From Candidatus Omnitrophota bacterium (GTDB lineage: Bacteria > Omnitrophota > Gorgyraeia > Zapsychrales > Fredricksoniimonadaceae): a DNA stretch of 64,000 bases. Below are positions 21,371 through 30,193 of the stretch, one piece after another; positions within the stretch are counted from its first letter, which is position 1, and every line of letters starts with the position of its first letter. Under the pieces are notes generated by a model. It saw only the letters and a program-made list of their open reading frames with translations, searched no databases and had not been told where the DNA came from. Location: positions 794 to 64,793 of the forward strand of contig JAKFXC010000060.1 of NCBI GenBank assembly GCA_021731625.1. The letters are read 5' to 3'. The position numbers were made by a program, and so were the translations under genes.

Positions 21371-22192
21371 ATGATCTCAGGAATGACCGGATTTGGGGCC
21401 AGCGATTTTAGCATTAAGAAGGTCAAAGGGCTGGTGGAAATTAAAAGCGTCAACCATCGGTATTTTGACCCGGCGTTTTATTTGCCGTCGGGGTTTTCCG
21501 CCTTCGAAGAGCGCATTCAAAAAATTGTTTTTGCGCACATCAAGCGCGGCCGGGTGACCATTGCGGTTAGGATCATTGAGAGACCAGGGGTGGATGTTGT
21601 GCTCAACCCCGATGCGGTGCAGCGTTATGTGGATTTTGGCAAAGCATTGGCCAGGCGCCTGGGGATTGCGTACGATTTAACCGCGGCGGACATACTCAAG
21701 CTCCCCGGTGTTATTGAAACTAAGGAAGTCTTTGTCCCGGCCCAGGCCCTATGGCCTGCGGTTGAGAAGGCTTTGCTGAAGGCGATCGTTTCGGTGGCCG
21801 AGATGCGCCGGCGGGAAGGCCGGTCTTTGGTGACTGACATCGGCGGCCAGCTCTCACGCATGAACAAGCGGATTTCTCAAATCAGGGCCCGCGCAAATGC
21901 GTTGCTTAAGGAAAATAAACAGACTCTGAGCAATGATGAGTTTGCGGCTTACCGGAAAAGCAATGACATCAACGAAGAGTTGGCGCGCCTGTCGCACCAC
22001 ATCGACGAGGCCAAGGCCCTGCTCAAACAAAATCTGGAAGCAGGCAAGAAGCTAGATTTCATCGCCCAGGAAATGCAAAGAGAGACCAATACCGTTGGGT
22101 CCAAGGTGCAGGACAAGGAAATTTCCGCTGCTGTCATCGCGCTGAAGGGCAAGGTAGAAAAGATTCGCGAGCAGGCCAATAATGTTGAGTAA
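21371..22192 (+). CDS. yicC: YicC/YloC family endoribonuclease
   Basis: SGMTGFG, EIKSVNHRY, GKKLDFIAQEMQRETNT, IREQANNVE. Confidence 0.93.
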   Translation: MISGMTGFGASDFSIKKVKGLVEIKSVNHRYFDPAFYLPSGFSAFEERIQKIVFAHIKRGRVTIAVRIIERPGVDVVLNPDAVQRYVDFGKALARRLGIAYDLTAADILKLPGVIETKEVFVPAQALWPAVEKALLKAIVSVAEMRRREGRSLVTDIGGQLSRMNKRISQIRARANALLKENKQTLSNDEFAAYRKSNDINEELARLSHHIDEAKALLKQNLEAGKKLDFIAQEMQRETNTVGSKVQDKEISAAVIALKGKVEKIREQANNVE

Positions 22193-22793
22193 GCAGGAGG
22201 GCAAAATCATTATCCTTTCAGGTCCGTCTGGATCTGGAAAGACCACGCTGCACAAGGCGCTGCTCAAAGACCCGGCGTTAAAGCAAATTCTGATCAAATC
22301 CGTTTCTGCCACCACCCGCCCAATGCGTCCCGGCGAAAAAAGGGGCAAGGATTATTTCTTTCTCACCCGGCCGCAATTTGAATCGCGGATCACCAAGGGG
22401 TATTTCTTGGAGTGGGAGAAGGTATGTGATAATTATTACGGCACGTCCAAACGGCAGGTGCTTGGCCTGTTGGGCAAGGGCAAGAACGTGCTCTTGTGCA
22501 TCGATGTCAAGGGGGCCCGGAATGTGCGGCAGGAATTCCCCCGCACCGTGGGAGTTTTTATAAAGACCCCGTCGATGAAAGTGCTGCGGGAGCGATTGAG
22601 CCGGCGGGCCTCGGAATCCCCTGAGGGCCTTAAGCGGCGCCTGGACATTGCCCGGGCCGAGCTTAAAGAAGCGGGGCAGTACGAGCACGTCATCACCAAT
22701 GGCCGTCTGGACAAAGCTCGTCGGGAATTAAAGCGGATCATTGTTAAAATTTTGGCGCCCGAAGGAAACGCAGGGGCTTCGGGGAAAGGTTGA
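22182..22793 (+). CDS. gmk: Guanylate kinase
   Basis: SGPSGSGKTT, SATTRPMRPGE, NYYGT. Confidence 0.96.
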   Translation: MLSKQEGKIIILSGPSGSGKTTLHKALLKDPALKQILIKSVSATTRPMRPGEKRGKDYFFLTRPQFESRITKGYFLEWEKVCDNYYGTSKRQVLGLLGKGKNVLLCIDVKGARNVRQEFPRTVGVFIKTPSMKVLRERLSRRASESPEGLKRRLDIARAELKEAGQYEHVITNGRLDKARRELKRIIVKILAPEGNAGASGKG

Positions 22794-22818
22794 CAGCCCC
22801 CAGCGCGTGTGTTATAAA
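22790..22818 (+). promoter_or_regulatory. sigma70 promoter upstream of rpoZ
   Basis: TTGACA-N17-TATAAA. Confidence 0.6.
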
Positions 22819-22866
22819 AACTGTTTTTATTAAGTGGCAGAGTTTGAAATTGGAGGAATCGAGCAT

Positions 22867-23100
22867 ATGGGTTATCAGCCGTTAGAAGAATTGTTAGGTA
22901 AAGCCGGGGGAAGCGTTTATACTTTGGTGCGCCTTGCGTCCCGTCGGGCTTTGGAAATCAGCAATACCGGAGCCAAACTCATCCAGGCCCCTTCGGAAGC
23001 AAAATTAACCACCATCGCGCTGGATGAAATCCGCCAGGGCAAAGTCGTTGAGAAATGCGTTGAAAAAGAGTTTGATCCAAAAAACGCGGGCAAAAAATAA
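22867..23100 (+). CDS. rpoZ: RNA polymerase omega subunit
   Basis: SVYTLVRLASRRALE, TIALDEI; follows gmk. Confidence 0.9.
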   Translation: MGYQPLEELLGKAGGSVYTLVRLASRRALEISNTGAKLIQAPSEAKLTTIALDEIRQGKVVEKCVEKEFDPKNAGKK

Positions 23101-23109
23101 GGAAACAAC

Positions 23110-23637
23110 GTGAAGAAAAAAATTGTCTTGGGGGTCTGCGGGAGCATTGCGGCCTATAAGGCCGGCGACATCATCCGCCGGCTGCAGGAGAAAGGTTGCG
23201 AGGTCTCGGTCATTATGACGACAGGGGCGCAGCAATTTATTACATCGCTAACGTTGGCCACGCTCTCCGGCAAAACCGTATACGGGGACATGTTCGACCC
23301 GCAGGGCTGGCAATTGGCGCACATTGATTTGGCCAAGGATGCGGACCTGGTCTTGATTGCCCCGGCAACGGCCAATGTGATATCCAAAATCGCGCACGGG
23401 ATGGCCGATGATTTCTTGACCACGTTTATATTGACGGTGCGGGCGCCGGTGGTGATCGCGCCGGCGATGCATGATGAGATGTACACCAATGCCATCGTCG
23501 TCGAGAATTGCGCGAAGCTTAAAAAACACGGCATCAAATTCGTGGAGCCGGTTAAAGGCAAGCTGGCCAACGGCGATATCGGGGTGGGGCATTTGGCGGA
23601 GGTGGAAACCATCGTCCAAGCGGCCATCGGCCAATGA
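23110..23637 (+). CDS. coaC: Phosphopantothenoylcysteine decarboxylase (CoaC domain only)
   Basis: GVCGSIAAYK, IAPATAN, APAM, G.LA.G..G.G. Confidence 0.88.
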   Translation: MKKKIVLGVCGSIAAYKAGDIIRRLQEKGCEVSVIMTTGAQQFITSLTLATLSGKTVYGDMFDPQGWQLAHIDLAKDADLVLIAPATANVISKIAHGMADDFLTTFILTVRAPVVIAPAMHDEMYTNAIVVENCAKLKKHGIKFVEPVKGKLANGDIGVGHLAEVETIVQAAIGQ

Positions 23638-24436
23638 GAGCAAAGTCGGCAATTTATGCCATTGCCGTGTTGTTTATAACAACGCAAGCGGTAATGGCAG
23701 ATACAACAAGCATTGATGAGATTAAAAAAAGCAATGCGCATAGCCATCAAAGAGTGAAATTTTCAACCCGTCTCAAGGATGGCAAATATTCTGAGGCGGA
23801 GAATGAGTTGAAGAAATGGGAACAACCGTATCCCGACGATAAACAAGAGATAGGAAACATGCGCGCGTTATTAGCTGGAGCAATCAAAGAAGATCCGCCT
23901 ACGGAAAAGGAAAAAAAGGCCCTGGATCAATTGATAGAACTGAGCAATCGGCTCTTAAGATTCAATGATCGGATGGCGCCTGCTGTGGAGAAATTAGAGG
24001 CGGCGCTATCAGACCCTCGAATAAGTGCGACGACCAGTAACGGGTTGATTTTGGAAACCATTAAGAAAGATGATGTTGAAGAATTGAAGAAACTCTTGCA
24101 TAAGGGCATAACCCAGACCAGGATAATTATCTAATACCAGTATTGCCGGAGGCTGCACACAAGGGGAATATTGCGATCATACAATTACTGTTAGACAAAG
24201 GTGTCAAGATTGACAAGACCAATTGGCATGGCAGGACGGCTTTAATGGTTGCTGCGAATAATAATCACTCGCAAGCTGTTGATTTATTGTTGAAATCAGG
24301 GGCCCAGGTAAATTTTAGAACCAATAGGGAAAATGAGACAGCCCTAGATTTTGCCCTGAAAAATAACAATGCCCAGATGGTTAAGCTGCTAAAGGATGCC
24401 GGGGGGCTTTCTTTTCCATCTGATAAAAAGGATTAG
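23634..24436 (+). pseudogene. Secreted ankyrin-repeat protein split by a 1-nt frameshift near 24110
   Basis: Adding one A joins ..VEELKKLLHKGI to NPDQDNYLIPVLPEAAHKGNIAIIQLLLDKG..GRTALMVAA..ETALDFA. Confidence 0.7.
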
Positions 24437-24473
24437 TCCCGGTTCTTCGAACAGGGTTATTTGGAATAGAAAC

Positions 24474-24684
24474 ATTGTGGCTGATGACCTCGCACTTGCC
24501 CTCTCTAGAAAGCTTATAAGGAAGCAAGTACTGCCCTCTGATTTTTCTAGAAGAATTTGCAAAAGTAAGATTGTGGCTGATGACGGCGCACTTGCTCTCT
24601 CTAGAAAGCTTATAAGGAAGCAAGTACTGCCCTCTGATTTTTCTAGAAGAATTTGCAAAAGTAAGATTGTGGTAATCAGAGGGC
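24474..24684 (+). repeat. Two 96-bp double-hairpin units upstream of tRNA-Cys
   Basis: ATTGTGG at 24474, 24570 and 24666; loops TCTAGAA..TAAGG and TTCTAGA..ATTGTGG. Confidence 0.9.
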
Positions 24685-24756
24685 GTGGTAGCCAAGTGGT
24701 AAGGCAGCGGTCTGCAAAACCGCTATTCACCGGTTCGATTCCGGTCCACGCCTCCA
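24682..24756 (+). tRNA. tRNA-Cys(GCA)
   Basis: GGCGTGG/CCACGCC acceptor; GCGGT-CTGCAAA-ACCGC anticodon arm; U discriminator plus CCA. Confidence 0.96.
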
Positions 24757-24776
24757 AAAAATATCAAGGGAGATCG

Positions 24777-25067
24777 ATGTCGGAAGAAAGAAATCCCGTT
24801 ACTAGAATAGTTTTTTGCCTGCTTTGGTTGTTGCCAGTCATGATTGTCATACATTCCATCGTTGGAGGATTTGTTGGGGGCATAGCAGGACCTTCCGGCG
24901 AGGGAGTTGAGGATAGTTTTAATGCCGGAGCTAGGGCTTCGGCGGAGTTTTTTGCAAAAAATCGGTTGGCGATGACCGTCATCGACGTGGCTGTTTGGGG
25001 GTATTTGTGTTTTATTGGATGGTTGCCGGGCACAAGCACCATTAAGAAATCGAAAAAGAATACGTAA
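24777..25067 (+). CDS. Small two-TM hypothetical protein
   Basis: GGAG RBS, ATG at 24777, two hydrophobic segments. Confidence 0.65.
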   Translation: MSEERNPVTRIVFCLLWLLPVMIVIHSIVGGFVGGIAGPSGEGVEDSFNAGARASAEFFAKNRLAMTVIDVAVWGYLCFIGWLPGTSTIKKSKKNT

Positions 25068-25069
25068 AG

Positions 25070-25186
25070 ATTGTGGCGACGGAGGGGCGCACTTGTTTTT
25101 CTTAGAACAACATTTAAGGAAACAAGTGCAGCCCTCAACTTTCTCTAGATATATGTATAAAAGAAAAATGGGGGTAAGTTGAGGGC
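25070..25186 (+). repeat. Single double-hairpin unit upstream of tRNA-Leu
   Basis: ATTGTGG..GCACTTGTTT-CTTAGAA..TAAGG-AAACAAGTGC..TCTAGA; same layout as the tRNA-Cys units. Confidence 0.85.
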
Positions 25187-25266
25187 GGGTGGTGGAACTG
25201 GTATACACGCAGGACTTAAAATCCTGTGACCGCAAGGTCATGAGGGTTCAATTCCCTCCCCGCCCA
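25183..25266 (+). tRNA. tRNA-Leu(TAA)
   Basis: CAGGA-CTTAAAA-TCCTG anticodon arm; long variable arm; CCA not encoded. Confidence 0.95.
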
Positions 25267-25308
25267 TTTACAGGAACTCAAAAACGCAGAGAAAGAAAAA
25301 AATACAGC

Positions 25309-25383
25309 GGACCCGTAGCTCAGTTTGGTTAGAGCGTCTCCTTGACATGGAGAAGGTCAGAGGTTCGAGCCCCCTCGGGTCCA
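25309..25383 (+). tRNA. tRNA-Val(GAC)
   Basis: TCTCC-TTGACAT-GGAGA anticodon arm; one T-stem mismatch; CCA not encoded. Confidence 0.93.
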
Positions 25384-25396
25384 TTTTTAAAATTTT

Positions 25397-26032
25397 ATGA
25401 AAGGAAAAATCGCCATTATAGCTTCCTTGGTGAGTATTTTTACGGGAGTACCTTGCTCTGCACACGGGTTAAATCCCTATAAAGATGAGGGGAGGAACGT
25501 CATTTATAACCTCTTATTTTGCGATGATATTAAGTTATTCAAAAACGGCTCTGATGGTGAAGAGGAGCCGCCGTGGAGCATCCTGCTTTCCGAATCCGCA
25601 GATAAGGATGAACTCAAAAAAATTGGACAAGACCCCGCCGGTGAGACACGTTCGAGGATTTTGGCGTATAACAAATTGAGGCAACTGGGTGTAGAGATTG
25701 ACCGCCAAGAGTTATTAGGAATGATCGTCGAGTACGGTATCAATGGAGGCATAGATGTTGTGGCGGCATACACAGATGGCACCGCCAGGTATATTAATTA
25801 TTCCGGGAAATTAATTACTTACGAGGCCCATAACAAGGCGATCGATACCCGCATTACGGCATTTATGCACAATGGCCAGCGCATGGTTTCTAAAGCAGAC
25901 CCGCAAAACACACGGACTTCACCACCCCAACAGGGAGATGTCAAAATCACATTGCTGACCTCCGATGGTGTCTATATGAGAGAAGGGGAGTTCAATAAGC
26001 TCACTGAGGATGCAATTGGGGGACCGGTATGA
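25397..26032 (+). CDS. Hypothetical exported protein
   Basis: Signal peptide; IYNLLFCDD, AAYTDGTARYINYSG; function not recognised. Confidence 0.7.
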   Translation: MKGKIAIIASLVSIFTGVPCSAHGLNPYKDEGRNVIYNLLFCDDIKLFKNGSDGEEEPPWSILLSESADKDELKKIGQDPAGETRSRILAYNKLRQLGVEIDRQELLGMIVEYGINGGIDVVAAYTDGTARYINYSGKLITYEAHNKAIDTRITAFMHNGQRMVSKADPQNTRTSPPQQGDVKITLLTSDGVYMREGEFNKLTEDAIGGPV

Positions 26033-26087
26033 AAATCGGCATTCGAATTAATGAGCATATTACAGCAAAAATCTTCCGAGGAATAAT

Positions 26088-27818
26088 TTGGACTACTCCC
26101 GCGACATAGATAAACTCCGCCACACCTGTTCGCACGTCCTGGCCCAGGCGGTGAAAGAGCTTTGGCCGGATGCCAAAGTGACGATCGGCCCTGCCATCGA
26201 GGCCGGATTTTATTACGACTTCGATAAGAAAGAGCCGTTTACCGACGATGATCTGAAGAAAATCGAAAAGGCCATGCACCGCATTGTCAACAAAAACTTG
26301 CCCATGAAGCAATCTTCCATGGCTCGGGAAGAAGCCATTCAGTTGTTTCGCTCCATGCACGAGGATTTTAAAGTCGAACTCATCGAGAACCTGCCGGACA
26401 AAGAAGTTTCCATTTTTCACACCGGCGATGAATTCCTGGACCTCTGCAAAGGCCCGCACGTCGCGTCCACCGGGCTCATCAAAGGCTTTAAGTTGCTTAC
26501 CGTCGCTGGTGCTTATTGGCGCGGTGATGAAAAAAGACCCATGCTGCAGCGCATCTACGGCACGGCCTTCTTCAGCCAAAAAGAGCTCGACGATTATTTG
26601 AAAATGCAGGAAGAGGCAGCCAAGCGCGACCACCGCAAACTTGGCACTCAGCTCGACCTGTTCCACATTTATCAAGAAACCGCCGGGGCCGGGCTGATTT
26701 TTTACCACCCCAACGGAGGCATGCTGCGCAAAATCATCGAAGATTATGTGCGGGAACAACATTTGAAGCACGGATACAAACTGGTCTACACCCCGCATAT
26801 GCTCAAAGGCAAGCTTTGGGAAGTCTCCGGCCATGCCGACCATTACAGAGACAACATGTATTATTTTAAGGTTGACGACGAGGATTATGCGGTCAAGCCC
26901 ATGAATTGCCCGGCCCACATCATGATTTACAAATCGCAAACTCGCTCGTACCGTGACCTGCCGGTGCGTTATTTTGAACTGGGCACCGTGTATCGCCAGG
27001 AAAAAGCCGGCGTGCTGCACGGGCTGCTGCGGGTGCGCGGCTTTACCCAGGACGATGCGCACATCTTCCTGCGCTCCGACCAGGTCAAAGAAGAGGTGAT
27101 GGCGGTTATTGATTTTGTTTTTTCGGTCATGAACGATTTTGGTTTCCATGATTTGCACATCGAGCTTTCCACTCAGCCTAAAGATTCCATGGGCGCTCAA
27201 AAAGATTGGGACACCGCCACCGCGGCCTTAAAAAGCGCTTTGGATGCCAAGGGCATCAAATACGACATCAATGACGGCGACGGCGCTTTTTACGGCCCCA
27301 AAATTGACATCAAACTCAAAGACGCCATCGGGCGCGAGTGGCAATGCGGCACCATCCAATGCGATTTCAATCTACCGCAGCGTTTCGAACTCAATTATAT
27401 CGACGAGAGCGGCCAGAAAGTGCGGCCCATCATGCTGCACCGGGCCATATTGGGAAGTCTCGAGCGTTTCATCGGCACCTTGATCGAACATTACGCCGGC
27501 AATTTTCCGCTGTGGCTGGCACCCCATCAAGTGGCGATCATCCCAATCAAGGCGGAACATGCCGAATATGCAGAGCAATTAAAAGCTGAGCTCACGCAGG
27601 CCGGCCTGCGGGTAAGCATCGACCACCGCAATGAGTCTTTGTCCAAGCGCATCCGGGAAGCCTCCATGATGAAAATCCCCTATCAACTGGTCATTGGGGA
27701 TAAAGAAATGCAAAGCCAGCAGGTGGCGGTGAGAGCCCAAGGAGACGGGGATTTGGGCACCATGTCGTCCGCAGCTCTGATCGAGCGCCTGAAACAACAG
27801 GTTATTGACAAAAAGTAG
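26088..27818 (+). CDS. thrS: Threonyl-tRNA synthetase (no N-terminal TGS domain)
   Basis: LRHTCSH, DLCKGPH, KPMNCPAH, RVRGFTQDDAH, MLHRAILGSLERF. Confidence 0.98.
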   Translation: MDYSRDIDKLRHTCSHVLAQAVKELWPDAKVTIGPAIEAGFYYDFDKKEPFTDDDLKKIEKAMHRIVNKNLPMKQSSMAREEAIQLFRSMHEDFKVELIENLPDKEVSIFHTGDEFLDLCKGPHVASTGLIKGFKLLTVAGAYWRGDEKRPMLQRIYGTAFFSQKELDDYLKMQEEAAKRDHRKLGTQLDLFHIYQETAGAGLIFYHPNGGMLRKIIEDYVREQHLKHGYKLVYTPHMLKGKLWEVSGHADHYRDNMYYFKVDDEDYAVKPMNCPAHIMIYKSQTRSYRDLPVRYFELGTVYRQEKAGVLHGLLRVRGFTQDDAHIFLRSDQVKEEVMAVIDFVFSVMNDFGFHDLHIELSTQPKDSMGAQKDWDTATAALKSALDAKGIKYDINDGDGAFYGPKIDIKLKDAIGREWQCGTIQCDFNLPQRFELNYIDESGQKVRPIMLHRAILGSLERFIGTLIEHYAGNFPLWLAPHQVAIIPIKAEHAEYAEQLKAELTQAGLRVSIDHRNESLSKRIREASMMKIPYQLVIGDKEMQSQQVAVRAQGDGDLGTMSSAALIERLKQQVIDKK

Positions 27819-27852
27819 AATTCAGGGATAATAAAAGTCTTTTTCGGGAGGA

Positions 27853-28374
27853 ATGTCTATTTTAAAAACAATTCGCATTAATCATCAAATTCGTGCCAAA
27901 GAAGTGAGGGTTATAGGCCCCAATTCCGAACAGCTGGGCGTGGTTACGATCGGACGGGCCCTGGAGTTGTCCAACGAATATGAGCTTGATTTGGTCGAGG
28001 TAGCCCCCACGGCAGCCCCGCCGGTATGCCGCATCATTGACTTTAGCAAGTATAAATACGACCAGGAGAAAAAGGAACGCAAGGTCAAAAAGAACCAGCA
28101 CGTGTCGCATTTAAAGCAAATTCGTCTGAAGCCGCACATCAGCGACCATGATCTGGAAACCAAAATGAAACAGGCCATTGTCTTCTTGTCCAAGAAAGAC
28201 AAGGTCAAGATCAACTTGATGTTTCAAGGCCGGGAGATGAGTTTCCGTGACCAATGGAAGGCTGTCCTGGACAAAGTGATCGCGCAGACATCCACGTATG
28301 CGACCATCGAAAAACAACCGCTGGCGGAAGGCCGGGTGGTTTCGATGGTGTTGGCACCCAAAGCAGATAAATAG
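27853..28374 (+). CDS. infC: Translation initiation factor IF-3
   Basis: INHQIRAKEVRVI, LDLVEVAP..PPVCRI. Confidence 0.97.
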   Translation: MSILKTIRINHQIRAKEVRVIGPNSEQLGVVTIGRALELSNEYELDLVEVAPTAAPPVCRIIDFSKYKYDQEKKERKVKKNQHVSHLKQIRLKPHISDHDLETKMKQAIVFLSKKDKVKINLMFQGREMSFRDQWKAVLDKVIAQTSTYATIEKQPLAEGRVVSMVLAPKADK

Positions 28375-28388
28375 GAATTGAGGTATTT

Positions 28389-28607
28389 ATGGGGATAGGC
28401 AAAAAAGGAAAGCTGAAAACGAATAAAGGCGCGGCCAAACGGCTGCGTTTCACCAAAAGCGGGCGACTCAAAAAACGCAATGCCGGCCGCCAGCATATTT
28501 TGGGTAAAAAATCGCGCAAACGCAAACGCCACCTACGTAAAGACGGGTATATAACAGGCACGGACGCCAAGCGCATAAGGAGGCTTCTGCCCTATGGTTC
28601 GCATTAA
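28389..28607 (+). CDS. rpmI: 50S ribosomal protein L35
   Basis: KLKTNKGAAKR, HILGKKSRKRKR, LLPY. Confidence 0.96.
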   Translation: MGIGKKGKLKTNKGAAKRLRFTKSGRLKKRNAGRQHILGKKSRKRKRHLRKDGYITGTDAKRIRRLLPYGSH

Positions 28608-28986
28608 GAGTAATGTTTACGCACATCGACGCAAAAAACGCGTTTTAAAAGAGGCCAAGGGCCAGTTCGGCAACCGCAGCAAGAGATATAAGGAAGCGAT
28701 CAAGTCGCTCATTGCCAGCCGCCAATACGCCTATTTTGACCGCAAGAAAAATAAAGGCAATTTCCGGAGCCTCTGGATCATCCGCATCAATGCGGCTTGC
28801 AGGGATTCAGGCATTGCTTACAGCCGTTTTATCCGCGGGCTGATAGCCGCCAAAATCGAACTTAACCGCAAGGTGCTGGCGGATTTAGCTGTGACCGAAC
28901 CGCAGGCCTTTGCGCACATCGTGGATATCGCCAAGACCGCCTTGACGGCGCCACCAGCCAAGAAAAAAACAGCCAAAGTAAAATAG
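28594..28986 (+). CDS. rplT: 50S ribosomal protein L20
   Basis: FRSLWIIRINAA, LNRKVLADLA. Confidence 0.97.
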   Translation: MVRIKSNVYAHRRKKRVLKEAKGQFGNRSKRYKEAIKSLIASRQYAYFDRKKNKGNFRSLWIIRINAACRDSGIAYSRFIRGLIAAKIELNRKVLADLAVTEPQAFAHIVDIAKTALTAPPAKKKTAKVK

Positions 28987-29003
28987 GGGCCAGCCCCCTA
29001 TTT
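28981..29003 (+). repeat. 23-bp REP-like palindrome overlapping the rplT stop codon
   Basis: AAATAGGGGCCAGCCCCCTATTT. Confidence 0.8.
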
Positions 29004-29005
29004 CT

Positions 29006-30025
29006 ATGCACTGGGACTTTCAACAATTACAGGACGCTGCCCGCCAAGAAATTGAGTCCGTCACTGACGCGCACTCACTGGAATCTTTCCGCTTAAAATA
29101 TTTAGGCAAAAAAGGTCTGGTCGCCGATATTTTTCTTTCCCTGGCGTCTGCTTCTGCGGCAGAAAAGGGAGCCATCGGCAAAGGGGCCAATGACCTGCGC
29201 CATTTGGTCACTGCCTTAATCACGGACAAACAAAAGAAGGTTTCGAGTCAGCAACGCCCGGGAAGCCATCGGATTGATGTAACTATGCCCGGTGCGGTGC
29301 CAAACCTCGGCCATAGACACATCCTCACGCAGACCACCGAAGAAATTTGCCAGGTTTTTGAGAAGCTGGGGTTTGTTCTCGAGGAAGGCCCGGAGGTAGA
29401 GACGGAATTCAATAATTTCACCGGTTTAAATATCCCCATCGACCACCCCTCGCGCGATGCCTTCGACACATTTTATCTGCAGGCCTCTGATCTCACGGCC
29501 AAAGGCCGTAAGCTGCTGCTGAGAAGCCACACATCGCCGGGACAGGTGAGGGTCATGACCGCCCATAAGCCGCCCCTGGCCGTCATCATCCCCGGACGGG
29601 TCTACCGGCCCGACGCGGTGGACGCCAGCCATTCGTTCATGTTCCACCAAATCGAAGGATTGCTGGTTGACAAGAACATAAAATTTTCCGATCTAAAGGG
29701 CCTGCTTACCGAATTCTGCCGCCGGTTTTTCGGGCCGTCGGTTAAGATGCGTTTCCGGCCGCATTATTTTCCTTTTACGGAACCCTCGGCAGAAGTCGAC
29801 ATTGCCGCAGACATATTCAAGGGAACCAGCCGCAAACCGTGGCTGGAAATTTTAGGCTGTGGAATGGTCAATCCCAAGGTATTTGCTGTGGCCGGTTATC
29901 CGCCGGGAATATACACCGGCCTGGCCTTCGGCATGGGTGTCGAGCGCATGGCTATGCTTAGGCATGGAATTAGAGATATACGGATGTTTTACGAGAATGA
30001 TGTGCGGTTCTTAAACCAGTTTTAA
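29006..30025 (+). CDS. pheS: Phenylalanyl-tRNA synthetase alpha subunit
   Basis: LLRSHTSPGQ, FHQIEG, FPFTEPSAE, AFGMGVER. Confidence 0.98.
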   Translation: MHWDFQQLQDAARQEIESVTDAHSLESFRLKYLGKKGLVADIFLSLASASAAEKGAIGKGANDLRHLVTALITDKQKKVSSQQRPGSHRIDVTMPGAVPNLGHRHILTQTTEEICQVFEKLGFVLEEGPEVETEFNNFTGLNIPIDHPSRDAFDTFYLQASDLTAKGRKLLLRSHTSPGQVRVMTAHKPPLAVIIPGRVYRPDAVDASHSFMFHQIEGLLVDKNIKFSDLKGLLTEFCRRFFGPSVKMRFRPHYFPFTEPSAEVDIAADIFKGTSRKPWLEILGCGMVNPKVFAVAGYPPGIYTGLAFGMGVERMAMLRHGIRDIRMFYENDVRFLNQF

Positions 30026-30184
30026 TTAGCTTCGGTAGAATTTTACGGCTCCGGTTGTCTTTTTCCGCCAATCTTCTCTCGGTGCCCAGAAACACAAGGC
30101 ACCTTCGGTGCTGTGTTTCTGAATCGGCGACGTAGATCAGCGGGACAACAGTCGCCTTAGAAATTCTACCAAAGCTAATTAAAA
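30020..30184. repeat. ~165-bp imperfect long hairpin between pheS and pheT
   Basis: Outer arms TTTTAATTAGCTTCGGTAGAATTT/AAATTCTACCAAAGCTAATTAAAA; inner CAGAAACAC/GTGTTTCTG; apical GCACC-TTC-GGTGC. Confidence 0.8.
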
Positions 30185-30193
30185 AGACATTAA

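Noticed and set aside
24500-24530. dif/Xer site within loop1 of the repeat units
   Set aside because: No match to the XerD arm TTATGTTAAAT, and the locus is origin-proximal.
24381-24776. ORFs through the repeat array and tRNA-Cys
   Set aside because: Open frames arise from the 96-bp period and overlap a tRNA; only 24777-25067 has an RBS and a plausible product.
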